This document shows, one piece after another, positions 17,001 to 24,560 of a stretch of DNA of 64,000 nucleotides; positions within the stretch are counted from its first letter, which is position 1; every line of letters starts with the position of its first letter. Under the pieces are notes generated by a model that had not been told where the DNA came from, made no database searches, and saw nothing but the letters and a program-made list of their open reading frames with translations. The position numbers and the translations under genes are program-made. This DNA is from Nitrospiria bacterium (GTDB lineage: Bacteria; Nitrospirota; UBA9217): assembly GCA_919902495.1 (NCBI GenBank), contig CAKKRC010000041.1, positions 30,786 to 94,785 on the forward strand. Reading direction: 5' to 3'.

Positions 17001-17265
17001 CATCTTCATACTCGTCCATGGCCGTCTCCACACCCCGGGCGTGCAGTTCCCGCTCGGCGGACGGCGGGCTCTGGGCGATGAAATGCAGGTGGGAGGCGAT
17101 CCGGTAGGTCAGCATCCGCTCGCGTCCGGCCACATTGATCTTCCGGGCATCGCCCTCCATGACGTTCGTGAAATAGAAGCTTCCTCCGGTATAGAGGGCG
17201 AAAAAGAGCAGGAGGATCACGCTGATAAAAATATATTTCGCCGCGAGCGACCTGAATAACGTCAT
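14083..17265 (-). CDS. hybrid sensor histidine kinase (NarX/PilJ-type periplasmic domain with CxxCH, HAMP, GAF, PAS x2-3, HisKA, HATPase, REC)
   Basis: TM1. P-box-like KINVAGRERMLTYRIA. CEACH (nt 16816-16830) before TM2. HAMP. GAF with ECLCGLC. PAS repeats. H-box GGVAHDFNNLL. N/G boxes NLAVNARDAM and GKGTGLGMS. C-terminal receiver (VLVVEDD...LLLTDVILTGMNG). Confidence 0.9.
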   Translation of the reverse strand: MTLFRSLAAKYIFISVILLLFFALYTGGSFYFTNVMEGDARKINVAGRERMLTYRIASHLHFIAQSPPSAERELHARGVETAMDEYEDALLALAGGSVKLGLEPLHVHDGPSRVQLDELTGLWKNVQRPLLRTIIRQPLRNVKETCEACHAAVRENLPKIEALVKRIEEHHERELLAFDLYRFSSIVLLVAILISLVVYAVRSLIRPARELRAAAADVERGNFDVSVAVRTADEMGTLGLAFNSMARRLKDLFAEKEEHLHELNMLNEISLAASKTLELKVMLDKVMDAILSLAPLTLLRKGAVLLFDEDKKVLEMVVSRNFDEEQARLCASVDIGECLCGLCAKQEELVLSEASDSDRRHTKTYTGMKTHGHVVLPLKARNKLLGVLCFYLPAGTKLPDNEVKFYQSIADILSVSIQNALNHKQVAMLAQSLESSMDLIVIADVEGMVLHVNPQVEAYLGYTPEELKGRHISLMQAPRVAALWEDIHRATLTDGGWRGEIINITKDGREYPVLLSTSLVKYEHDNIIAMIGIVRDISDQKRAEDVVRQSERRYRLLFDLLPYGGEVLDTEGRIVDCSLSDSRLLGYERDELIGKRITELLDPRSVPVVREKFQQLLHGSPVQAEIRMVRKDGRVIDVARAAQPIRDADGNITGALALSVDITDRKKAEEENRQLQSQLLQAQKLESIGRLAGGVAHDFNNLLSVIVGYSDMLLRKGSGDKPSLDKLVLIKEAGEKAAVLTRHLLAFSRKQALYLVKIKLNSVIEDTIKLLMRMIGEDVTLKLNTRSTRTTLADPAQMEQILMNLAVNARDAMPRGGQCTIETSDIDLDEDSAREQGDMEPGPYVMLSVADNGEGMSQETRERIFEPFFTTKESGKGTGLGMSMVYGIVMQHNGHIRVSSEPGKGTTFTIYLPAVEGEAEVVVNIHRNMPSGGTETVLVVEDDPSIRSLVRDILEPLGYRLLIASSGEEALKISDNTADTIPLLLTDVILTGMNGKELADAFAAKRPDCRVIFMSGHADESLARHGVLLPGLNFIQKPLSPASLAEKIREVLDRANNEKT

Positions 17266-17355
17266 ATCTGATCCCCAGGGGAAAAGTATTGTGCGTTCCT
17301 TATTCTATTATAGCGTACGATCGCGTTGCTATGGTCCAAAACCGTCAGTTCCGGC

Positions 17356-18468
17356 TCATACCAGCCGCTTCCGGAACCGGAGAGCGCTGAGCGTGATCAC
17401 CATGGTCCCGATGATGAGGAGCGCGGCCATCTGCGGCCAGAGGATCTCGATGCCGATCCCCTTCAGGAACACCCCGCGGATAATGACGAGAAAATAGCGA
17501 AGCGGGATCCCATAGGTAAGCAGCTGGAATAATTCCGGCATGTTCTTGATCGGGAAGACGAACCCCGACAACAGGATGTTCGGCATATAGAACAGGATCG
17601 TGGTCATGAGGGCCTGCTGCTGGGTACGTGCGAAGGTGGAAATGAACAGGCCGATCCCGAGAACGGACAGAAGATAGAGCGACGTGCCCAGGAACAGGAC
17701 CGGCAGCGAACCCTTGATCGGCACCTGGAACCAGAACACACCGATCAGGGTCACGAGGATCATGTCGACGAAGCTGATGACCGCGAACGGTATCGTCTTG
17801 CCGAGCATCAGTTCGGCAGGGCGCAGCGGGCTTACCATGAGCTGTTCCATCGTACCCATCTCCCGTTCGCGCACCACGGACATGGAGGTCAACATGAGGC
17901 ACAGAAGCGTTATGACCGTGGCCATCACGCCCGGCACGTTGTAGTTCTTGCTCCGCAGATCGGGATTATACCAGGCGCGCAGACGCAGGTCCACCGGCAG
18001 CTGCCGGACGGCGATTCCGGCCCCGGGCCGGTCAAACGAGTACCGCTCGATGATCTGGCTCACGTAGCCCATGACAACGCTCGCGGTGTTCGAATCCGTG
18101 CCGTCCAGGACCACCTGTATCGAGGCCTGCCTCCCCCTGCGGAGATCACGTTCGAACCCCCGGTCGATCTGGATCGCGCAGGCGGCCGCGCCGCGGTCCA
18201 GCACATCCCGCACGCCTTGATCGTTCACGGCACTGGCCGTGAACACGAAGACGCCTGACGATCCGAAGCGCCTCGTGAGCTCCCGGCTCGCCGCGGTCCG
18301 GTCATGATCGACAAGGACCGTGGGCACGACATTCACATCCATGGTGACCACATACCCGAACATGAGGAGCTGAACGAGCGGCGGCACGACGACGAAAAAC
18401 CGGAGGCGCTTGTCGCGAAGCACCTGGATGAACTCTTTGCGGACCATATGACGGATGCGCTCAAGCAT
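17356..18468 (-). CDS. ABC-2 type transporter permease (YbhR/YbhS-like)
   Basis: Start taken at MLERIRHMVRKEF (RBS AAGAGGA, 1 nt after the upstream stop). N-terminal TM, a large periplasmic loop and a C-terminal 5-TM ABC-2 domain. Confidence 0.85.
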   Translation of the reverse strand: MLERIRHMVRKEFIQVLRDKRLRFFVVVPPLVQLLMFGYVVTMDVNVVPTVLVDHDRTAASRELTRRFGSSGVFVFTASAVNDQGVRDVLDRGAAACAIQIDRGFERDLRRGRQASIQVVLDGTDSNTASVVMGYVSQIIERYSFDRPGAGIAVRQLPVDLRLRAWYNPDLRSKNYNVPGVMATVITLLCLMLTSMSVVREREMGTMEQLMVSPLRPAELMLGKTIPFAVISFVDMILVTLIGVFWFQVPIKGSLPVLFLGTSLYLLSVLGIGLFISTFARTQQQALMTTILFYMPNILLSGFVFPIKNMPELFQLLTYGIPLRYFLVIIRGVFLKGIGIEILWPQMAALLIIGTMVITLSALRFRKRLV

Positions 18469-18469
18469 G

Positions 18470-19579
18470 CTATTCGATCCTCTTATGGAACCGGCGGTTG
18501 GCAAGCAGGAACATGACGCCGCCGAACACCGTGAGCAGTACGGTCTCCAGCACCAGCATGGACATGGGCGTTCCCTTGAGGAAGATCCCTTTCAGGATCT
18601 TGACGAAATAGCGGCCGGGCACGGCGTAGGTGATGATCTGGAGCGGCGTGGGCATGTTGGGGATCGCAAAGATGAAGCCCGTCAGCAGGAACGACGGCAG
18701 AAAGGTGCTCAGAAGGGCCATCTGGCTGGACAGCAGCTGGTTCCGCGAGATGATGGAGATCGTCATGCCCATGCAGAGCCCGCCGGCAAGGAAGATGCTG
18801 GACAGGGCAAGCAGCAGGGCGACGCTCCCCCGGAACGGGACGTGAAAGAGCTGCGTGCCCATGACGATGCAGAGCACCGTGTCGATGAACCCGATGACGA
18901 AATACGGAAGAAGCTTCCCGATGATCAACTCGTTCGTCCCGACCGGCGTTGCAATGAGCTGCTCCATCGTGCCCCGTTCCCACTCCCGCGATATCGTGAG
19001 CGACGTGAGCAGCGCAACGATGACGCTCATGATGACCGCGATAAGGCCCGGGATGATGAAGTTCCGCGACTTGAGCTCGGGATTGTACCAGACGCGGGCC
19101 CGGACGTCGATGCTTGGAGGCGCTCCGCCGGGAACAAGCCGCCGTGAATACTGCCCGATGATGCCGGCAAGGTATCCCTGCGCTATGGTCGCCGTATTCG
19201 CGTCGCTTCCGTCCACGACGACGCCGAGCTGTGCGGTCCTGCGCGCCATGATCGTCCTCGTGAAGCCGGGCGGGATCATCACCGCGACCTTTGCCCTGCC
19301 GGAGTCGAGCTCATCATCGATATCGCGGGTACCGTCCAGAACGGCCCGGACCGTGAAATAGCCCGACGCCTCGAAGGCGCGCGCCAGGTCGCGGCTGTGG
19401 CTGCTCCGGTCCTGATCAACGATGACCATATCGATCTCCCGGATATCAAAGGTTATCGCGTAGCCGAATATCAGCAGCAGGAAGAGCGGCACGAGGAACG
19501 CCATGACCAGGCTCAGGGGGTCCCGCATGATCTGGAGCGATTCTTTCCAGGCAACGGCTTTGATACGGATGAGTCTCAT
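18470..19579 (-). CDS. ABC-2 type transporter permease (YbhS/YbhR-like)
   Basis: Paralog of the downstream permease with the same topology (MRLIRIKAVAWKESLQIMRDPLSL...). Confidence 0.85.
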   Translation of the reverse strand: MRLIRIKAVAWKESLQIMRDPLSLVMAFLVPLFLLLIFGYAITFDIREIDMVIVDQDRSSHSRDLARAFEASGYFTVRAVLDGTRDIDDELDSGRAKVAVMIPPGFTRTIMARRTAQLGVVVDGSDANTATIAQGYLAGIIGQYSRRLVPGGAPPSIDVRARVWYNPELKSRNFIIPGLIAVIMSVIVALLTSLTISREWERGTMEQLIATPVGTNELIIGKLLPYFVIGFIDTVLCIVMGTQLFHVPFRGSVALLLALSSIFLAGGLCMGMTISIISRNQLLSSQMALLSTFLPSFLLTGFIFAIPNMPTPLQIITYAVPGRYFVKILKGIFLKGTPMSMLVLETVLLTVFGGVMFLLANRRFHKRIE

Positions 19580-19584
19580 AAGTA

Positions 19585-19692
19585 CCAGTCGACAGTCGTC
19601 AGTCTCTAGTCATACATCAGTCAGATTGCAATGGTTCGTGACTGGTTTTGACTGCCGACTATCGACCACCTCTCGACTATCTTTACGACTGC
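19585..19692. repeat. hairpin element with tandem-unit arms (CAGTCGN / CGACTGN units)
   Basis: Left arm CCAGTCGACAGTCGTCAGTC (19585-). Right arm GACTGCCGACTATCGAC... then TTTACGACTGC. Same sub-family as 23969-24067. Confidence 0.7.
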
Positions 19693-20630
19693 TTTATCAT
19701 CGTCACGAACACATCCTCCAGGGACGGGATGATCCGCTCGATCCTCGTGACCGCGATGCCCGCCCCAGCCAGCATGGCACGTACCGCGGGGATGGCTGCC
19801 TCCGCGTCCTCGACCGTGGCGTGGATCCTGCTGCCGAAGATCACCGCGTCAACGCCATGCGACGCCAGCAGGTCAATGGCATCGACGAGCGCGGCGACCT
19901 CGACCTCGATCACCTGCTTCGCGAGCGGTGACCCTCTGAGCTGCTTTGGCGTCCCCTCGGCGATGATCCTTCCCCGGTAGATCAGGGCGAGACGGTCGCA
20001 GTAATCGGCCTCGTCGAGATAATGGGTCGTTACAAAGACCGTGACGCCCCGCTGCGCCAGTGCATGGATGAGGTCCCAGAAATCCCGCCGTGACACCGGG
20101 TCGACACCGGCCGTGGGTTCGTCCAGGAACAGGATGGACGGCTCATGCAGGATCGCGCACCCGAGCGCGAGACGCTGTTTGAACCCGGCGGGAAGCGTCC
20201 TTGTCAATGCCTTCCTCCGGTCGGCAAGCCCCGCCATCGCAAGGACCCATTGCTTGCGTTCGTGCCGCCGTTCACCATGGACGCCGTACAGACCGCTGAA
20301 GAAATCGATGTTCTCCCCCACGGTAAGGTCATCATACAGCGAGAACCGCTGGGACATGTAGCCTATGGCTGACTTGATCTCCTCGGACTGAGTGATAATA
20401 TCGAATCCGCCCACTTCACCCTTCCCTCCGGAGGGAAGGAGCAGGCCGCAGAGCATGCGAATGGTCGTGGACTTTCCCGCGCCATTGGGCCCGAGGAATC
20501 CGAAGATCTCGCCCTTTCCCACGGCAAGATCTATCCCGTCCACGGCGATAAAATCGCCGAAGTGCCGCGTAAGGTTCCTGACACTGACGGCGGTATTTCC
20601 GTCGTTCTGTATCACGACCTGATCCCCCAT
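19683..20630 (-). CDS. ABC transporter ATP-binding protein
   Basis: Walker A GPNGAGKSTT, signature LPAGFKQRL, Walker B ILFLDEP. Start taken at MGDQVV (an alternative ATG is at 20651). The long N-terminal extension in the ORF track overlaps the upstream gene. Confidence 0.85.
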   Translation of the reverse strand: MGDQVVIQNDGNTAVSVRNLTRHFGDFIAVDGIDLAVGKGEIFGFLGPNGAGKSTTIRMLCGLLLPSGGKGEVGGFDIITQSEEIKSAIGYMSQRFSLYDDLTVGENIDFFSGLYGVHGERRHERKQWVLAMAGLADRRKALTRTLPAGFKQRLALGCAILHEPSILFLDEPTAGVDPVSRRDFWDLIHALAQRGVTVFVTTHYLDEADYCDRLALIYRGRIIAEGTPKQLRGSPLAKQVIEVEVAALVDAIDLLASHGVDAVIFGSRIHATVEDAEAAIPAVRAMLAGAGIAVTRIERIIPSLEDVFVTMIKQS

Positions 20631-20658
20631 TCCGCAATCCGCAATCCGCATTCCGCAA

Positions 20659-21585
20659 TCATGTTCTTTTCTCCACCGATGCGATGAAGACATCCTCCAG
20701 TGACGGAAGGATCGCCCGATGGTCAAGCACGGCGATCCCCGACCGCGACAGGCTGTCAATGACCGATGCCGCCGCGGTGCCCTGCTCAAGGGCGATGTGC
20801 AGGCGGTCCCCGTACACGGTAACGTCCTTCACACCGGCCGTGTCCCGGGCGAGTGCCCCTGCTTCCCGCACGCGGTCCGGCCAAAGCTCGATCATCGGTA
20901 CATTGAGCGAACTGCGGACCTGGAGCGGCTCGCCCTCGAGGATGATGCCGCCCCTATGGATCAGACCGATGCGGGTGCACCGCTCGGCTTCGTCGAGATA
21001 GGACGTGGAAAGGAAGATCGTGACCCCTTCACGGAGGAGATCGTAAAGAATGCGCCAGAAGTCCCGGCGCGAGACCGGATCGACCCCGTTCGTCGGTTCA
21101 TCGAGCAGCAGCACCTCCGGCGTATGGACAAGGGCGCAAGCAAGGCCCAATTTCTGCTTCATCCCGCCCGAGAGCGCCCCGGCCAGCCTTTTCTGGAACG
21201 GATCGAGCCCGCTGAACGAAAGAAGCCGTTTGATCCGGTCCGCTCGTTCCCTTTTTGGGACCTCGTAGAGGTCTGCGTAGAACAGGATGTTCTCCAGCAC
21301 CGTCAGGTCCTCGTACAGGCCGAAGCGCTGCGACATGTAGCCTATCTGCCCCTTGATACCTTCCGGGTCCTCCCGAAGAGAAAAGCCGGCAACCCGGGCA
21401 TCACCCGCCGTCGGCTCCAGGATCCCCGCAAGAAGCCGCATGGTCGTGGTCTTGCCGGCTCCATCAGGCCCCACAAGACCATAGAGCTCTCCACGATCGA
21501 TGGCAAGATCGAGCTTGTTCACAGCATTGACGGTACCAAAGGAACGGGAAAGACCAGCGGAAGTGATCACGGGAGGCAGGGTCAT
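20659..21585 (-). CDS. ABC transporter ATP-binding protein
   Basis: Walker A GPDGAGKTTT, signature LSGGMKQKL, Walker B LLLLDEP. Confidence 0.9.
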   Translation of the reverse strand: MTLPPVITSAGLSRSFGTVNAVNKLDLAIDRGELYGLVGPDGAGKTTTMRLLAGILEPTAGDARVAGFSLREDPEGIKGQIGYMSQRFGLYEDLTVLENILFYADLYEVPKRERADRIKRLLSFSGLDPFQKRLAGALSGGMKQKLGLACALVHTPEVLLLDEPTNGVDPVSRRDFWRILYDLLREGVTIFLSTSYLDEAERCTRIGLIHRGGIILEGEPLQVRSSLNVPMIELWPDRVREAGALARDTAGVKDVTVYGDRLHIALEQGTAAASVIDSLSRSGIAVLDHRAILPSLEDVFIASVEKRT

Positions 21586-21663
21586 AATAAAACCATTTAA
21601 TTAACTACATTATTGCATCTAATTGAATTTATAGCTTTTAATATATTCTATTAACCAATTATA

Positions 21664-22491
21664 TTATCTGATATTTATCTTTACGTCTGCGGGCATCCCC
21701 GGCTTAAGCTCGTCATTCTGGTTCGTGACGCTCACCTTCACGCCGAATACCAGCTTGACCCGTTCCTCCTGGGTCTGGACGTTCTTGGGCGTGAATTCTG
21801 CCTCCGAAGCGATATAGGTCACCCTTCCCTCATAGGACTTTCCCGGAAAGGTGTCCACGGACACTTCCGCCTTCTGGCCCAGTTTTACCATTCCGAGCTT
21901 TGTTTCGCTTACATAGACCTGCACCCAGGGATTGGCGAGGTCACCGAGGGCATAGACCGCAACACCTGCGGCAATGGTCTCGCCGGGCTCGACGTTCCGG
22001 ACCAGAACGATGCCTGAAACGGGCGCATCGAGCGTCATATCGTGCAGCCTCACCTCGGCGGTCCGGAGCGCCGCCCGGGCCTGGTCGAACTGGGAGCGGG
22101 AGACATCGTAGGCCTTCTGTGCGGCATCCAGCTGCTGCGTGGATATGGCACCGTCCTGCGACAGGTTCCGGTACCGGTCATGGTCCTTCCGTGCCTTCTC
22201 GAACTCCGCTTCTGCATTGCGGACAGCGGCCCGGTTCTGCTCCACAATGCTCCTCAGCTCGGCGTTATCGAGCACCGCCAGCCGGTCGCCGCTTGTGACC
22301 CGTTGTCCCTCTTCCGCCCGCAGGTCGGCGATCCTGCCGGCCGTCTTGAATCCCACGTTCACCTCGGTCACCTCGACCGTGCCCGAGAGAACGAGCATTC
22401 CGTCGTTCCGGCTGGTTTTAAGATACTGATAGGCCGCGACGCCAGTGATGATCAGAACAGCGATGATTGCGGCGATGAACCTTTTTTTCAT
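21664..22491 (-). CDS. HlyD-family membrane fusion protein (YbhG-like)
   Basis: N-terminal anchor, a barrel-sandwich/coiled-coil pattern, and a C-terminal LKPGMPADVKI. First gene of the ABC-2 exporter operon. Confidence 0.85.
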   Translation of the reverse strand: MKKRFIAAIIAVLIITGVAAYQYLKTSRNDGMLVLSGTVEVTEVNVGFKTAGRIADLRAEEGQRVTSGDRLAVLDNAELRSIVEQNRAAVRNAEAEFEKARKDHDRYRNLSQDGAISTQQLDAAQKAYDVSRSQFDQARAALRTAEVRLHDMTLDAPVSGIVLVRNVEPGETIAAGVAVYALGDLANPWVQVYVSETKLGMVKLGQKAEVSVDTFPGKSYEGRVTYIASEAEFTPKNVQTQEERVKLVFGVKVSVTNQNDELKPGMPADVKINIR

Positions 22492-22520
22492 GCTCTCTCC
22501 GGTAGATACTAAATGGTCAG

Positions 22521-23951
22521 CTATCCTTTTACGCAGGCCAGCGGCCTGACGCGCGCGACCTTCCTGGCAAGACCCGCGAAATGTGCCGCATCAACCACCT
22601 CGGTCACGTCCTTGTAGGACCCCGGTGCCTCCTCGGCTATGCCGGAATAGGAATGGCCCCGCACCAGGATGCCCTGCCCTTCGAGCTGCCGCACCACGTC
22701 GCGGCCGTGCCACTGCTTCTTCGCCTGGGTGCGGGACATGGCCCTGCCGGCTCCGTGGCAGGCGGAGCCGAATGCCACCTCCATCCCCTGTTCCGTGCCA
22801 ATGAGGATATAGGATGACGTGCCCATGGTCCCGCCGATCAGCACCGGCTGGCCCACATGCCGGTATTCCGGCGGCAGGTCGACCTGGCCCGGCCCGAAAG
22901 CGCGCGTGGCGCCCTTGCGGTGCACAAAGAGCCGCTTCTTCCTTCCCTTGACGACATGGGTCTCGACCTTGCAGGTATTGTGGCTGATGTCGTACAGCAT
23001 GGTGATCCGCCCTTCGGGAAAGACGCCGGTGAAGATCTCCCGCACCAGGTGGGTGATGATCTGGCGGTTCGCCAGCGCGCAGTTGATGCCCGCGCTCATG
23101 GCGCCGAAGTAGGACTTTCCTTCCGGCGACGTGATGGGCGCCGAGGCAAGCTCGCGGTCCTTGATCGGCAGTTTGAACCGCTGCGCGGCATTGGCAAGAC
23201 TCCGGAGATAGTCGGTGCCGATCTGGTGCCCCAATCCCCGGGAGCCGCAGTGCACCGAGATGACCACGCCGTCCTTCCGGAGCCCCATGGCCTGGCCGGC
23301 CTGCTCATCGTAGAGCTCGTCAACGACCTGCACTTCAAGATAGTGGTTTCCCGAGCCGAGGGTCCCCATTTCGCGGTATTGCCGCTTCTTTGCCGTATCC
23401 GATACCTGGGAGGGGTCCGCGCCGTCAACACGGCCGTGCTCCTCGATATATTCCAGGTCCTCTTTCACGCCGTAGCCCTTTTTCACCGCCCACTCTGCGC
23501 CGCCCTGCAGCATCTCGTCGATCTGGGAGGCGTTGAGCTTGATGAGACCTTCGGACCCGACGCCCGCCGGAACGCGGTTGTAGAACTGGTCAACAAGACG
23601 CTCGATCCCGGGCAGGACATCGTCCTTCATCAGGCCGGTCTTCATGGTGCGCACTCCGCAGGATATGTCGAATCCCACGCCGCCCATGGAGATGATGCCG
23701 CCCTCATCGGGATCGAAGGCCGCCACACCGCCGATGGGGAAACCGTAGCCCCAGTGGGCGTCGGGCATGGCCATGGAAGCGATCTGGATGCCCGGGAGGC
23801 AGGCCACATTGCGGATCTGCTCAGCCACCTTCTCATCCATCTCCGCGATGAGTTTCTCGCTGGCAAAGATCCTGCCCGGGACGTTCATGTCCCCGGTCTG
23901 CGGTATCTCCCAGCAGTAGTCGGTCAATTTATGTAACGTTCGTACGTCCAT
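22521..23951 (-). CDS. rtcB: RNA-splicing ligase RtcB
   Basis: 476 aa with GIQIASMAMPDAHWGYGFPIGGVAAFD, GVGFDISCGV, LGSGNHYLE and HCGSRGLGHQ motifs. Confidence 0.95.
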   Translation of the reverse strand: MDVRTLHKLTDYCWEIPQTGDMNVPGRIFASEKLIAEMDEKVAEQIRNVACLPGIQIASMAMPDAHWGYGFPIGGVAAFDPDEGGIISMGGVGFDISCGVRTMKTGLMKDDVLPGIERLVDQFYNRVPAGVGSEGLIKLNASQIDEMLQGGAEWAVKKGYGVKEDLEYIEEHGRVDGADPSQVSDTAKKRQYREMGTLGSGNHYLEVQVVDELYDEQAGQAMGLRKDGVVISVHCGSRGLGHQIGTDYLRSLANAAQRFKLPIKDRELASAPITSPEGKSYFGAMSAGINCALANRQIITHLVREIFTGVFPEGRITMLYDISHNTCKVETHVVKGRKKRLFVHRKGATRAFGPGQVDLPPEYRHVGQPVLIGGTMGTSSYILIGTEQGMEVAFGSACHGAGRAMSRTQAKKQWHGRDVVRQLEGQGILVRGHSYSGIAEEAPGSYKDVTEVVDAAHFAGLARKVARVRPLACVKG

Positions 23952-23968
23952 AATTCACCGTTCCACAA

Positions 23969-24067
23969 GCGTCGGCAGTCAGCAGTCGGCAGTCACAAGT
24001 CTTAGGCAGACAAAAGGAACAGATATCAGACTGCCGACTGACGACGATCGACTGTTTTACGACTGCC
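23969..24067. repeat. hairpin element with tandem-unit arms (CAGTCGG units)
   Basis: CAGTCGGCAGTC (23983-23994) pairs perfectly with GACTGCCGACTG (24029-24040). Tail TTTTACGACTGCC. Lies between rtcB and archease. Confidence 0.75.
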
Positions 24068-24068
24068 C

Positions 24069-24557
24069 CTACACATCCACCACGCACTGGGCCACATACC
24101 GGCCGTTCTCCTGACGAACGCTGAGCATATGATAGGTCGCACCCTTCACTTCAACATGAGCGCGATGCTTCCCCTGGTCAAGGTGCTCGCCCCAGGCCGT
24201 GCCTGCAAGCCTGTTCCCTTCGATCCTGACCTCGAACTTCGAGAAGACCATGCGTTCGATGTCGGAAACCGCGAGAAGCGAGTTCAACCATTCCACGAGC
24301 AGCTTTTCCTGATCGTCTGCCGTGACGTTCACGCCGCGGAACTCTTTCTGTTCTACCCGGGTGATATCGACCATGACCGAATAGAGCGCTGCAGCCGTGT
24401 TCGCGAACGCCTCTTCAGGCGTACTCCCGAATCCGCGTATGCCGATGTCCGCCTCATGCTCGAAGGTCTCGTAGTCCACTCCGCACTCCGCACTTCGCAC
24501 TTGGTCATTATCTTCCCCTTGTCCCCTTGTCCCCTTGTCCCCGCGTCCCCGTGTCAT
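24069..24557 (-). CDS. archease (RtcB activator); start uncertain
   Basis: Core DYETFEHEADIGIRGFGSTPEEAFANTA...GATYHML is archease-like. The first ~19 codons (MTRGRGDKGTRGQGEDNDQ) are read from a tandem octamer repeat. In-frame GTG alternatives are at 24500 and 24479. Confidence 0.75.
   Translation of the reverse strand: MTRGRGDKGTRGQGEDNDQVRSAECGVDYETFEHEADIGIRGFGSTPEEAFANTAAALYSVMVDITRVEQKEFRGVNVTADDQEKLLVEWLNSLLAVSDIERMVFSKFEVRIEGNRLAGTAWGEHLDQGKHRAHVEVKGATYHMLSVRQENGRYVAQCVVDV
24477..24555. repeat. one-armed tandem arrays (CACTCCG x4 degenerate; GTCCCCTT x5 degenerate)
   Basis: CACTCCGCACTCCGCACTTCGCACTTGG, then CCCCTTGTCCCCTTGTCCCCTTGTCCCCGCGTCCCCGTGTC. Confidence 0.85.
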
Positions 24558-24560
24558 GCC

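Noticed and set aside
19683-20789. Extended N-termini suggested by the ORF track for several genes: the ABC ATPase to 20789, the hemerythrin to 13689, queE to 34148, TIGR01212 to 38723, NlpC/P60 to 43067, and the lipoprotein to 41524.
   Set aside because: The extensions overlap upstream genes or repeat elements and lack family similarity. Internal starts give canonical N-termini, signal peptides or an RBS.
24477-24555. CRISPR array interpretation of the many short tandem repeats (also 62521-62630, 20627-20658, 40480-40523).
   Set aside because: Units are only 7-9 nt, directly abutting and degenerate. There are no 25-40 nt repeats separated by unique spacers, and no cas genes are in the window.
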